64,000 nt of DNA from Eledone cirrhosa (Eukaryota), in contig OZ024753.1 in NCBI GenBank assembly GCA_964016885.1, positions 32,116,001 to 32,180,000 on the forward strand. The letters are read 5' to 3'. This document shows positions 26,528-41,265 of this stretch, in pieces (within the stretch, counting starts at the first letter, position 1; each line of letters opens with the position of its first letter). A model generated the notes under the pieces. The model was given only the letters and a program-made list of their open reading frames with translations, was not told the origin of the DNA and did not search any database. A program made the position numbers and the translations under genes.

Positions 26528-27145
26528 AAGTTAAATAAAAGTCAAATGATTAAAATTTAGTTTCGTTTATTACTGCTATATATATTTCAGTGACAGCCAT
26601 CTTTGGCTGTGACCTCTTCAGGCAGTTTGAATTAGTATGGTATAGACAAGTACATATGTTATTTAGGTGTATGATATTGTCAATACTCTGATATGCCCAG
26701 TTCCTTGTTGGGTTGTTAATTCACTGGGGAACTGGATAACAACACTTAGAATGAGGAATGTTCTAATAACTGACCAATGAGAGGAGAAGGGGACCTGTGA
26801 CACGAAAATTCGTTTGTTTGAATTCATATGACTCCAGTTCCCCAGTGAATTAACAACCCAACAAGGAACTGGGCATATCAGAGTATTGACAATATCATAC
26901 ACCTAAATAACATATGTACTTGTCTATACCATACTAATTCAAACTGCCTGAAGAGGTCACAGCCAAAGATGGCTGTCACTGAAATATATATAGCAGTAAT
27001 AAACGAAGCTAAATTTTAATCATTTGACTTTTATTTAACTTTATTTTACACTACTCCGGAGTAACCAAACCAACCTGCGCACTTCGTCGAGTGCTCCAGC
27101 CTGCATACTGAGGTGTTGGTATACAACCAACATAAACTCAAAATC
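26521..27145 (+). mobile_element. PLE hairpin insertion, family H: arms 26521-26736 and 26833-27048, 96-nt loop, tail to about 27145
   Basis: 216-bp inverted repeat with one mismatch seen (27008), preceded by (TA)n and followed by (CT)n(TA)n. Confidence 0.87.
26943..26997 (+). ncRNA. Minimal type I hammerhead ribozyme motif
   Basis: ACTGC CTGAAGA g gtcACAGCCA-aaga-TGGCTGTcact GAAA TATATA TA GCAGT: perfect 5-bp stem I, 7-bp stem II core, palindromic stem III. Confidence 0.88.
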
Positions 27146-27261
27146 TCTCTCTCTCTATATATATATATATACATACATACATAAGGGTGAAAGCAGCGAT
27201 CCTTTCCTTAAACTTTAATCTGTTATTTTAATATATATATATATAATATACTATAATATAA

Positions 27262-27468
<207 letters not shown>

Positions 27469-28699
27469 GCATACGCTAATTATGAGTGAGTATATATATA
27501 TGTGTTTAACGTATGTGTGTGTACATAGAAGCCTCAGAAATCTGTCAGAATAGTTTGTATACAATACATATCCCATGAGTAAATCATACGAAGGTTGCTT
27601 TATCTCAGCCCTTCCATTTGCTAATGTGATACACAGTTTATGTTAGAGGTGACATCAATGACTTTGTTTCACATAGAACGAAAGCCAACACTTCAATCAT
27701 ATCTCTATGACGTTTCCTGTCTTACTACCCACACTCAGCCAACCTCCCTCACACAATATCAATAACTCAACTTGGCGTTCGCATTCTGGAGATCTGGACT
27801 TCTGACAACTAAATCTTTTTTGGCAACATCAGGAATGCATACGCCATAAATCTACACACACCAACACACACAATTATATAGACACCTTCAATATATATAT
27901 ATATATACACACTCACACACACACACATACTTATATGTATGTATATGTATGTATATGTACACACACTCACACACACACACACACACACACACATACATTC
28001 ATTCATTCATATGTGTAAATCGAAACACTTGCTTGAGAGCATGTGGGATATCTTCTCCGAAGACCTTCAACTGTCCAGCTCTCCCGAGAGCTTCTTACCA
28101 CTATACATATATACACACATACACACATATATGTGCGCGTGTGCGTGTGTGTGTGCGTGTGCGTATTTGTGTTTGTGTGTGCTATACTTTTTCGGTCCTG
28201 CCAATGGAACATCTAGTTCGATTAATTAACATGGAAGTGACTGGGTATTCTACAGACATGCGAATTACAAATGTAAGTTTGAAGGAGATTCAAAGATAGG
28301 ACTACCGCTTTGAATCACAGTTTCAACTCACTTTTTCCCAGCTTAGTGGACTGGATCAACGTTCAATGCTACAGATAAGTTCTAAACCTTTCATACAGAA
28401 TTCTTTGAACACAAATGTTAAACCAAGAAAAAAGAAGAAAAAAAGACGATAGTGACGGTGAAGGGTGTGGTTAAATTTTCAAAATGTTCTACAATGCGTC
28501 CTCTCTCAACGGCGATATCTGTCTTCTCCATCTCCACCTATTTGCTTATCCCTATATATCTGCATATGTAAGGTAATCCTACTGGTTCACGAAAAACAAA
28601 AAACACTGAACCTTATAAGATAGTCGAATGGTTGCCACAACAGACAGCATACAATTCACCCTGTAAGGTGGGAGTACATATGAACGAAACAAAAAAACA

Positions 28700-28920
28700 T
28701 CCAGTCAACACTGCAATGTGGCGATGGAGATGCCATGAAAAAACAAATCCTATTACACATTGTAGTAGATACTGCTAGGAAGGGCCTCAAGCCGTAGAAA
28801 TCCAATCCCAATCGGTTAGCAATGAGAAAGACTTGCTCACCTGACCTGCCTAGTCTCATAACGTGACAGCCTGTCTAACCCATGCACATATGGAAAATAG
28901 ACGTTAAATGGTGATGATAA
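28700..28920 (+). mobile_element. Degenerate RTE LINE 3' end
   Basis: CCTGTCTAACCCATGCACATATGGAAAATAGACGTTAAATGGTGATGAT resembles the 3' UTR and tail at 16062-16127; left boundary uncertain. Confidence 0.55.
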
Positions 28921-30983
28921 TTAATATATTCAATAAACATAGCTCTATTAAAGTTAAGTAAAGCAACCGAATATTCCTTATTCCTTCCGTAAAAGAATTG
29001 GTTATGTACTGGCAATAAATATTATTGTTTAGTTAAGACTTTCATTAAGTCTAATTTTGCAAAGCATTAGTCTAAATGAGGGAGAGGTTACTTTGTAGGA
29101 TGTATAATTAGAATATTCACAGGCATTTTCATAAATCTGTAATTTTCATCTCATTGGTTTAATTTAATATTCGTTTGAAGAAGAGAACAAAACCGAAAAA
29201 CACCGATTGAATTCATAGGCAAAAATCATCATAAAATCTTTTTCATATTTTTACTGGAGAAATCTTTGTGGATTTCTTTGATTTTATAATTAGATACAAA
29301 ATTAATAGCATTTTGTAAAAAAAAAAAAAAAAGATGGTGAATTGTAAATAACCTCTTAGCCAGAATAAGAAAAATAAATAAAAAATAATAATAAGACAGC
29401 CGTCCCCAGATATTTAGGTTGAAAACACGCAATGAGTTCTAATTGCGTGGTATAATTATAATCTCATTTGATCTGAGAGGCCGACATGAAGTCTAGATAG
29501 TATCAGTATAACTAAAGATACCAGCCGACCATCACTCACGGTAAATAATCGTCAAATATAATGTTTGAAGTTTAGACGGCTATATCTGGACAGTAAAACA
29601 AATGTATGAGGATAAATATAATTTAATTGATTTTCGTTCTGTGAAAAATTTCACTTTTTGTAATTTTTCAAGATTTTGAATTTTCTACGAGAAGCGTAGA
29701 TACTAACAACTCAGCTCTTTTGAAATGAAGTCGTCTAGCAACAGTATATATATATATCTAAGAATAGAATAGAATTATTATAAATGCCATAAACCCTTCT
29801 TGGAAGAGCTATTCTGCCAGAGAATGGGGTGCAAGTGGCAGATAGTGATACGGCCCTCAAATATAATGAAAAGTTGTGATATTAGTGGTCTCCTGACGAA
29901 CGAACAAGTAACCACGGACCCAAATGTGGAAAGCTCTTACAGGAGATGGAGCAATGGGGAACTCTTAGCTCCCAAGAAACCTCTCAAAAGCCAGCGATGT
30001 AATTAGGATGAGGAGAGTAAAGGCTGACTTTAAAAAAGTCTAGTCTTTTCGGGCCTGAGAAAGTATCAATTTGGTGACTGGTTCGAATAAAACCACAACA
30101 AACTGCATTCTGGTCAGATTTAAATAAAACATCATACCACATCATCTTGGCGCGGGGTAACAAGGGCTGCGTTCAGTCATTAGGTAGGAGTCAGTTTCAA
30201 AAATATATTGCAGTCCAGAAACTCGTCAGGGGGTTCTTTATGAAGAAATGTGCATCCTCATGATATGGAAGGAATACTTTCCTCATCTCCTACGTCCAAT
30301 TATCACATACACAAATACTATATCTTAACACCACTCCTTTCCATTCTCTATGAAGCATCGGGGAACTTATCACTTCTATAGCAATTTTGATTAATAAAGG
30401 TAACGTCGGAACCCTAGCACACCATATTCCTCTCCTTTCTAAACATGAACCAGATATCACTCGAAAAATTTCGAAATGAATGACGCCCATTCCAAATGTT
30501 GTCAGTCGATGTTAGCTGGGCCTCAAACGTGTGCAAGGCTGAGTTGTCACACCCTGTAGTGATGACTAAAGTCAATACTTACTAACGCCCTACACGTTAC
30601 CTTTAAATAGCATATACCCCAGACCATTATACAAGCAATGGATATTTAACAGTATGGCCTCAGCATGGCTGGAACATGTAAAAGAGTAAATATATATATA
30701 TATATATATAAGTATGTATACGTACATACATATATGTATACAGACGTATAGTAGTATGTATATATATATACATATATACCTACATATATGTATACAGACG
30801 TATACCTATAGTAGTATGTATATATATATACATATATGCACACATATATATATGTACGTATGGATTTACCGAACATTTATTATAATGCTCGGTGTGTTTG
30901 TAAACAAACATCCCGAATTAAGCCTTATATTTAAGTAACAGCCATACTAAGAGTGAGAAATGAAATGTCGTTTCATTTTTTCC

Positions 30984-31029
<46 letters not shown>

Positions 31030-31240
31030 TCTCTTTCTCATTTCCTCTCTCTCACTTTCCATCTCTCTCTAGTAGAAATCTGCTGTACTCAGGCTGGAGA
31101 GGGATGGGCTCTGTCAGGCTTAAAATACCCAAGAAACTCCTTATGTCAATACAGCGCCCCTACGGCTATCAGGAGTTACAGGACCATACATATATATATA
31201 TATATGATATAGGAATTATAAGCAAATTTAATAAACAGTG

Positions 31241-31627
31241 AATCTGTTGATTCCATATAGAGGACAAGTTGAACCAATCAAATGACAAATGCTCGTCCTC
31301 TATATGGAATCAACAGATTTGGGAATCGAGAGTAGAAATATAAAGTTGAACCAATCAAATGACAAATGCTCGTCCTCTATATGGAATCAACAAATTTGGG
31401 AATCGAGAGTAGAAATATAAAGTTGAAACAATCAAATGACAAATGCTCGTCCTCTATATGGAATCAACAGATTTGGGAATCGAGAGTAGAAATATAAAGT
31501 TGAACCAATCAAATGACAAATGCTCGTGCTCTATATGGAATCAACAGATTTGGGAATCGCGAGTAGAAATATAAAGTTGAACCAATCAAATGACAAATGC
31601 TCTATATTTCTACTCGCGATTCCCAAA
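31241..31627. repeat. 77-bp tandem array (4 full units plus a 29-bp partial) whose flanks are inverted copies of unit segments
   Basis: Units start at 31266, 31343, 31420, 31497 and 31574; 31241-31265 and 31603-31627 are reverse complements of internal segments. Confidence 0.93.
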
Positions 31628-31865
31628 CCTAATAACGTTGCAGTGGTTATTTCTGAGGAAATGGAATTCACATCTCAGTTTCAATTACAAATGTGATTAT
31701 TTCATTTAGGTGATCGATAATCTTACATAACACATAAATATTACAACACCTAACGTATCATCTATGCAATTTGAACTTCTCTGATCTGTTTATGACATCC
31801 ATAATTCATTTGGAGGAATCTGTGATGGTTTTACTGATAAATACCCCCTACACACACATGAGTAT

Positions 31866-31874
<9 letters not shown>

Positions 31875-31898
<24 letters not shown>

Positions 31899-32675
31899 TA
31901 CACGTATATACGCATATATATGTACATGCATAGACATACGCATATATAAATATAGATGTATAGACATACACATATATATATACATGCATAGACATACGTA
32001 TATATATATATATATATATATACATGCATACACTTACGTATATATACATGCATACACATACGTATATATACATGCATACACATACGTATATATACATGCA
32101 TACACATTCGTATATATACATGCATACACATACGTATATATATATATACATGCATACACTTATATACATATATATACATGCATATACCTACGCATATTTA
32201 TATATACATGCTTATACCTACGCATATATATGCATATACATACGCATATATATATGCATACACTTACGTATATATATATACATGCATACACTAACATATA
32301 CATATATATATACATGCATACACTTACGTATATATATACATGCATACACATACGTATATATATACATGCATACACATACGTATATATATATATACATACA
32401 TGCATACACTTACGTATATACATGCTTACACACATATAAATATACATGCATATACATATAAATATACATGCATATACATACGTATATATATATATAGATG
32501 CATATACATACGCATATATATATATACATGCATATACATACGCATATATATGCATGCATATACCTACGCATATATACACATGCATATATATATACATGCA
32601 TACCTACGCATATATATATACATGCATACCTACGCATATATATACATACGCATATATATACATGCATATACATAC

Positions 32676-32710
<35 letters not shown>
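31875..32710. repeat. Degenerate ~22-bp minisatellite TATATACATGCATACACATACG
   Basis: Directly visible; source of many spurious ORFs. Confidence 0.93.
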
Positions 32711-32714
<4 letters not shown>

Positions 32715-33083
32715 TTAGTACCATTTACACGTTCCTTTTTTCTATTTCCTTCCTTGTTTTCAATGCCATTGACATAGTCACATTACGCTGCTATTATATA
32801 CACAAGTACTAAACATCATTATTGCAAGGTTGAACTAAATCAATTTCACAAATGAGTTTATCTACTTCACAGTAACATTATTATATTTACATTATCAAAT
32901 TTAAGATAGCGTATTCTGTTATAGTAAAGCACCTTCTGAGACATTGCATTCTTTTGAGTCTAAAGGTAACCAAACTATGAACCCAATCACACGCATATCG
33001 GCGAGGAACACACACACACATACACATTTATATATATGTATGTACGTTCCTCACCGATATGCGTGTGTTTGGCTTTATATATT

Positions 33084-33183
33084 CAGGGTGTCCCCAAAAA
33101 ATGTATACACGCTTCAACAGCATTCTAATAAATATTGCCTGTACAGGTAATCAAAGTATGTTACATTTTTGGGGGACAGCCTG
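33084..33183. mobile_element. Short Tc1/mariner-like MITE
   Basis: TIRs CAGGGTGTCCCCAAAAATGTA / TACATTTTTGGGGGACAGCCTG followed by TA. Confidence 0.65.
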
Positions 33184-34819
33184 TATATACATATATGTTC
33201 CTCAAAAGAAATGCATTGAAACATGTGTTTTACTATAGCGTAATACGACCTATCTTAAATCTACTAAAAATGTGAATAAGTATGAAACCGTAAAGATTCT
33301 AAACTTTATTCCCAAAGTAATTTATAGGCAACTCTTGCACACTTATATCGTATACAAACTGATAATCACTCTCTGCTCGCTTCTAACTAGTATATATATA
33401 TATATATATATATCGATTTATATCGACTATATATTACCGATTGTGATAGGTAGGCAGGTATAAAATGCCTTAAAATCATCGACATTGTGGTCCTTGCAAC
33501 AAGAGGATTGGAATTACCACAAGGTTATCTTGCAAAGACAATAGAAACGCAAGCATTGTTTAGTATAGTTAGGTTAAATGTTCAAAATACTGCAGATTTA
33601 CAAGCATGTCATTATTATATTTCTCTGTGATAAGTAAGGTAATTTTAGCTCAGCCCGTAAATATATAGTAGAATAATAGATTAAAAGTGACCCTAAGTGT
33701 TTTTACTGGTACATATTTTATCAACGCCAGAGATGTGAAGGGCCGAATGCAACTGCAGTAACGGTTTTAAAACTTAGCATGTAGATTAGAAACAAAAGAC
33801 TGTAAATGTCTTAGTCTGGTGTTCTATTTTGACTGCACCACACTTGATCATTTTATGAATATCACATTAGTGGGTGGGAAATAATATTGAATCAGCAAAC
33901 ACAAAACATAATTCATAGACATTACAGCCGCTGTTTAGATGTAGCATTTTTCACTGCAGCAGAGAGCAGCCTAAAAGAAATAATTTAATCCTGTGACACT
34001 GACATTCTGAAAAGACAATCGTCTTTGACTTTGACTAATAGTTCTTGCAAGAATGAATGGACAATGAAGAAAATAACAAAAAAAAAAAAGAAGAAAAAAA
34101 AAGGAACTAACAAACAACAACGATATTTCTAATAAATGGATCCCAGAGGTGTTCTTTTATCATTGATTTCGGTTTTGCTGAATCGTACATTATGTTTTGA
34201 AACTAGTATTTCACTTTGATGCACCAAAAGCAGATTAAAAGGTTTTAATTTAATTCTTTTTTCTTTTATATATTTTCTCCTATTTTATGTATTTTTGAGA
34301 TTTTGTTTTCAAGAATGAGGAAATCCTATTCACAAGTCAGGAAAAGAAGATAATTATCATTAAAAAAAATATCTTTTAAGGATATAGAATTTTCAAAATG
34401 ATGGTTTGGATGGCAGAAATAGAAATTGAAATATAAAAATGAGTAATACTTCAGTGTACTTAACAGATAATATCTTTTATTGATTTTTGGCAGAAACAAA
34501 GAAGAAATATACAAAACAGTAATCGAATATTTCCTATCTTTTGTTTTATGTCGGAAAGACTCAGGCAGGCATGAATAACCTTGTAAAATGTTGCACGTAT
34601 AATATATGTTTGCGTATAAAAAATATATATGAACATATATATATATATATATCTTCACACATTTATATTTGCCCCCGCACACATACATGCACACATATGC
34701 ACACATAATGCACACGTTAATGCAAAAACATTTGAGATAAAGGTGCTGAATACAAAGTGGAAAATAATTTATACATACATAGACGCATATTTATGCATAT
34801 ATATATACATACATATATA

Positions 34820-34864
<45 letters not shown>

Positions 34865-35420
34865 TTAAATATGTTTGATCCTCAGAATAAAAAACAAACA
34901 GAGACAAGTAAAACAATTCACAAAGACTATAACTAAATCAATAAAGTATGATGAATTTATCATAACTAAATATGTTGAGTACTTTCTGAAGTTTCGTCTT
35001 GCGACTTTTCAAAGTGAAGATTATTTTGAAAACTCGCACGACGAAAGAACAGTTTCCTCTTTGCCCATTTAATCCCGGGAGAGCCCTGATAGCAGAGTCC
35101 TCAGACACGCCTTACATTAGAAGCAACCGTCTCCAAACGATCGGTTTGGATCCGCATGCGAAACAAATCGAGCTTATGTATGTTATCCATACACCTTGCT
35201 CTTTGTCTGTCTCTGGGTGTCTAGCGGGTTAGCTTTACTCGTAAAATCTGTCAGACATTCTAACTACACGTCCCTAGTTTCGGCACAGTAAACTCTGAAT
35301 CCGGAAAAGTGGTGGTTTTACTTAGAGCAACTCCCTGATCTCTATTGCTCTATTGAGAAATAACGAGGTGGAGCCCTATTAACAATTTTGTAAAACAGGA
35401 GTCATAGCACCAATATGTGC

Positions 35421-35460
<40 letters not shown>

Positions 35461-35926
35461 TCATATATATAAACTTAATATACATGAAAATAGACGTAAA
35501 ATTTATATATATCACGTAGTCCTGACAAGAAAAATCTCTTACATCTGACTGAAGTCATCTGTTATGTACTAAAAACACAATAAACAACAATGAATGCTTT
35601 CAATGCTTTCAGCTGCAATATGATTTGAAAGCATGACATTTCACTGGGCATTCATGCTGTAGAGTATCGACAGTCGGTTTTAGATTTTTATACGCTTTTG
35701 TCAGTTTTTAGATCGATACTTTTACCATTTTGCTTGACTCTGTTTAAAGAGTTTTTATATGTTTCTATACACATTCGGAACATTATTTTGCAAATGTTCA
35801 ATCTGTCCTTACACAATGGTACTATCGTTTTCTATTCAGCCTTTTTTTTTTGTGGGATGTAATAAATTTGTCATATGTATGTATGTATGCATGTTTGTAC
35901 AGATGCAGGATTGGTTATACATACAT

Positions 35927-35985
<59 letters not shown>

Positions 35986-35988
35986 CAC

Positions 35989-36020
<32 letters not shown>

Positions 36021-38208
36021 TTATAATCTCATTTGTATATAATAATAAAATAATAATAATAATGATGTAAAATCAATATATATTTCCATTTATATCGAAA
36101 TAAATATATTTATATATGATGCATCGGTTCCACACAAAATGAACGAAAAGCTACAAACCGTTAGATCAAATATTTATATTGTCATCACATTATGAAATAC
36201 ATTATTGTACAAGGAATAACCATTCTATACATGCACACTTCATCATCTCAACCTCTAATTCTGAGGTTCACATTACTTTGACAGGCACTTTACTGAGAGT
36301 CAGAATGGGGAACAGCACTCGGATACTTTAATCAAATTCGTCTTAGCTGATTTACTACAAGAAAATATTTGATATTCCATGGCAAACTTGCAATCTTCTC
36401 TTTGAAAACTAGTAAGCTAGTGACTAGTGTTGTTGTTGTTGGTGGTGGTGGTGGGGGTGTTGTTTAAATATAAGTACAACGTGATTGAGCTGACCTGTTA
36501 TCTAAGTAATTCTAGCTGATGAACCTGTTTTTATTCAGACATATCTAGTACAGCGTTATCACATGTGCCTTTATATTTTTTAAGACTGTCTCTGATTTTA
36601 GGGAGAGTTAGTTTCTATTTCCAGCATGAGCATTGATCCCTAGGTTTGTGTCTTATTAACAGAGGTAACCAGATCTAGTACCTAAAGCAGTCCACCCATT
36701 TATTGAAGCATATTATGCCTAACACTCTATTATCCAATATACCTCTATATATTTAAGACAGCAAATGATTGTGATTTTAGCGATGATTGCTTTGTACGTC
36801 CAGCATATTGATAACCACCAATTTCTGTTTTGTTAATAGAAAACTTTGACAGAATAACTGATAGTATACGAATAGAATGAACCTCCATCAGTTGTTCGAT
36901 CAACGAAACAGCTTGTTGAGAAATTAACACGTATATGACAGAGTATTCCACAGACACTTTCACCCATTACATACTTCTCAGCATAGATTCAGCATGATAC
37001 AAGGTGTGATAAAGTTCGCCCTTGGAATTGCATATACTGTCCACTCGACGGGATTCCAAACATACAATTACTGAGTACCCAATTTCTCTCAAAAGGCCTG
37101 GTCTGACCCAAGGCTATGGTAAATGACACTTGTCCAAGATGCCTCGCAGTTGAATCGAATCCTACTTATCTATACATATATTTAGTAAATTACCTAATTA
37201 CAATGGATTAGAGATATATCACCTCAATGAGGATCAAAAGTATTAGAACCTTTACACGTTTGATAATCATTTTATGTCACACGAAATAATATGTTGGTGC
37301 TACTGCTACATATTCTTGTGGTAGACTTTAGCACAGTGTCAATTTCGGAATTGGATCTAGAATATAGTTGCTTATAAGCTTGATATCCTCTTGTCTTAGA
37401 AACCCGAGCTTAATGGAGTTATCAAATTATGACGGCTGAAAATACGTCAATAGCTAAAAAAGAAAAGTCGAACAAAGCTGGGAATTTATAGCCGCGGGAG
37501 ATATCCATTGCTAAGTACAGATTAAGTAGTTTCCAACATCACACCAATGAACATAATTTAATGCATGGCATATATATGCGAAAATGCATTAAATATGGAA
37601 GTTATGTGATTACTTGTTACTAGAAAAATAAGACAAGTGGAGAACTAGGTAACAAATATAAGACTGGATAAATATACAGAATATTCCACTAGATAAATAG
37701 AAGAATACTACGGTGTTTTCTTGCATATTGCTTTAGGAGCTGTTGCTGTGGTGGTGGTGGTGGTGGTGGTGGTTGTAATCAATGCATACAGTATGTATAA
37801 TTTATTAGAAGATGAAGCTTATTGAATCGTAACTGAATCGAGTCTCATGTTGCCGTTTATTCAAACAATTGAAATTATATAAGGACAATATTTGCAAACA
37901 TTTCTAAATATGATTAGTCAACCATATTTGTATGACTACTCCCACCCAACTAAAATCCTGATACATTCATTTGATCAATTGTCACGTATACAACACGTGA
38001 TATGTCCATCAGGTTACGTGAATTCTTTATGCCTTCAGTATGATATGACTAAAACATAAGTGTTAGTGTACACATGTATGTTAGTCATATCATTAGGGTA
38101 TAGCAGATCGATAATATAGGGAAGAAATTCACTTTGACAGTTGATAGTTTATTTGTCATACCTTAAGAGTGACCAATTATTACAGCAATATATATATGTA
38201 CACACATG

Positions 38209-38269
<61 letters not shown>

Positions 38270-38351
38270 GTACACAACAGACACACATATAAGGTACACA
38301 AACATACACACACACATATATACGTACACAAACATATATATATATATATAT

Positions 38352-38497
38352 AGGAAAAAGTATGACCCCGACGGCAGAGCTCAACCCGTTTCGACGGCTA
38401 TTTCATACTTTTTCCTATTTCCCACTCTACTACCCTAAGTATTGAGTACTCTGGTGCGTTATGGTCCATTTGGTTCCTTACTACAATTCCTTTCTTA
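38352..38497 (+). mobile_element. PLE family A, short copy
   Basis: Inverted arm ending GACGGCTATTTC, about 14-bp sense arm, full family A tail, (TA)n flanks. Confidence 0.85.
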
Positions 38498-39498
38498 CAT
38501 ATATATATATATGACACATACACATTTATATAAACACACACACATATACTACATGTGTTATATTCGATCATATTGATTCCAGTATTTATTTTTCAAAGTC
38601 TGGTGCTTGGTTTATCGACCTCATTTTGTCGAACCGCTACATTACGGGACATAATCAGAAGCACAAACGTAAACACATACACACGCACCCATACACACGC
38701 ACACATTTATATACGTCTACCAATTTTCACTCACAAAGCAATATTCAACGTGAGAATATAATCGTAGCCCAATGTGACAAACGATGTGACTCAATTCGAA
38801 ACGAAATGATTGCAAAGCGAACACCCTAAACATTTACCATGCATGCATGTGTATATATGTGTATGTGCATGTGTGTGTGTATCTATCAACACACTGTTCT
38901 AATCAGCAGAAGCCTTTGAATACTTTTCCATTTCTTCCTGATAAAAATAAATCTATCTCTCAAGCAGAAGATATTTCAGACGATAACAGACCACCTGTCA
39001 TTATGTCGTTATAGTATCTCTGTGATGTGTACCAACTATCAGATACACATGATTTCATAGAAATAATTAAAGATTCCTGTGTCCTCTTAAACACGATGTG
39101 TATACAGTTATTTTAGAAGTTAATGTTTGAATATTTCTTGTTTTGAATACAATATAATATTTATTTATATCCAAAAAATATTTCACACATTTTTTTCAAA
39201 GAAAAGTAAAATAAAAAGTAAAAACCGTTGGAAATTCTTCACTAGAAAGTTTGTTATTCACTGTGAAGCTTAGAGGAAATACGAGGAGGAATGCTAAAAT
39301 ATATGTGTTTCTTTGTGTATACAAATATTTATGTACACATACAGATGCACAGACACATATATACATTTATCTATTTATATATTTTCTGGAAAAATTAAAA
39401 AATCTTGAGATTTTTTGCATTTCTTAAATATTTCAACACGACGCTCCGATAGTTTATTTATACACACACACACATACACATATATCTATATATCTATA

Positions 39499-39595
39499 CG
39501 GGGTCTTACTGGTTCCTATTACCCACTCTACTACCCTAAGTATTGAGTACTTTGGTGCGTTATGGTCCACCTGGTTCCTTACCACATTTCCTTCG

Positions 39596-39597
<2 letters not shown>
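39499..39597 (+). mobile_element. PLE family A, terminal-repeat end plus tail
   Basis: Near-identical to 41872-41970. Confidence 0.87.
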
Positions 39598-39970
<373 letters not shown>

Positions 39971-40444
39971 AACGAGTAGGACCCCGACGGCTGAGCTCAA
40001 GCCGTTTCGACGGCTAATTCTGGACTAAATGAACATTTTTATCCTGGTATATGAATAGCCGAGCTTCTCAGGGGGTAATTCCATATATGGTAAAAGTGAT
40101 TGTCACAAGGATTGGTCAAAAGTTTGTTGTTGAGACGCATAATTCTATCATGGCAATTTGTGGGAGGAAGGGGTAGCTGAACCAGCCTTTAGAAGAAAGA
40201 GGGAGAGGGAGAGGAAGTGGAGGAAACCCAGTCGTGTGTTGATAGTGGCAACTACAACAGAGCAGGAGGTCAAGCAAGTATACTTGGGAGGGGGAGGAGG
40301 AGGAAGTCGAAACAATAAGTAAATCAATATGGAGTAAATATATAGAATACCAAGAATGTTAAAAATATAAAAAAAAACAATTTCTGGTTACTATTCCCTA
40401 ACGACAGTCATCAAGTCTCTCACTGGTACTGCTAAACTATTACC

Positions 40445-40660
40445 TATGATCTCACTTGGAGCTTATTGTCCAGAGCCAGATCTTACACGGGAGGACGCCG
40501 TCCGTGCAATTTATGCTCGGAGGAAACTTTACAAATGCTGTTTTCGACGGACCAACCCCTAAACAATAAAGACAAACTGGTAACTGCATGCAAATACAGA
40601 TTCCGTAGGACTTACCTCGCCCTCAAACCCCATAATGACCCGGGGGGGGGTGTAGGGTAG
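40445..40660 (+). pseudogene. C-terminal fragment of a PLE GIY-YIG endonuclease domain
   Basis: YDLTWSLLSRARSYTGGRRPCNLCSEETLQMLFSTDQPLNNKDKLVTACKYR fits the recalled pattern WxIL..A..Y..G...CxLCxxEK..I.....LN...E...CRH. Confidence 0.8.
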
Positions 40661-41223
40661 ACAAGGGCTGTAACACCCCACTTGCCGACTTTGTAATGGG
40701 TAACCCTGCTTGCAAAGGTAGACGTAAGATCTTCTTTTAAATTTTTTTATCGTTTCCTCTATATTTCCTTCTTCCCCATCCCTTCCTAGTCCTTCCTCCC
40801 CAGTCCTCCTTCTTTGTCGTCGTCCTTTTCATTTTCTCGCCCACCCGAGGCAGCCCCTCGGTCCTTTGTAGCCTCAGTACCTCGAACCTCATCCCCTATT
40901 CTATGATAGAATTGGCCGACTCCGCTTTTTATAGCAGATGTGATAGACCCCAGATACTTGCTCTCTTATCCGATGGCTGCCCCATTTCAGTGCTTTCTAC
41001 ATTTCTTACTGGTATCTCTGCTTTAATTTCTCGTATATCAGTATTTATTTTTTTTTGGGGGGGGGGATTCTGAATTAATTTTCCGTACCAAATTTTTCAT
41101 ATACCTCGTACGAGCATTTATGTAGTTTGAACTAGAATTTTTGTTTCGTAGCGGCACCCTTAGAGATAGTATTAGTATTCATTTTCGGGATTCTGAATTA
41201 TTATTTCGTATTAGTTTATTTTT

Positions 41224-41265
41224 TGCACTGGGTGGTTGCTGGCCTTGTGCCTAGGGTAGAAACAT
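41224..41265 (+). mobile_element. SINE family 1 3' fragment nested in the PLE
   Basis: TGCACTGGGTGGTTGCTGGCCTTGTGCCTAGGGTAGAAAC with 17-bp TSD TTATTTCGTATTAGTTT (41201-41217 and 41266-41282). Confidence 0.85.

Noticed and set aside
31266-31602. CRISPR-like look of the 77-bp array
   Set aside because: Intervening segments are near-identical, not unique spacers; eukaryotic context and no cas genes
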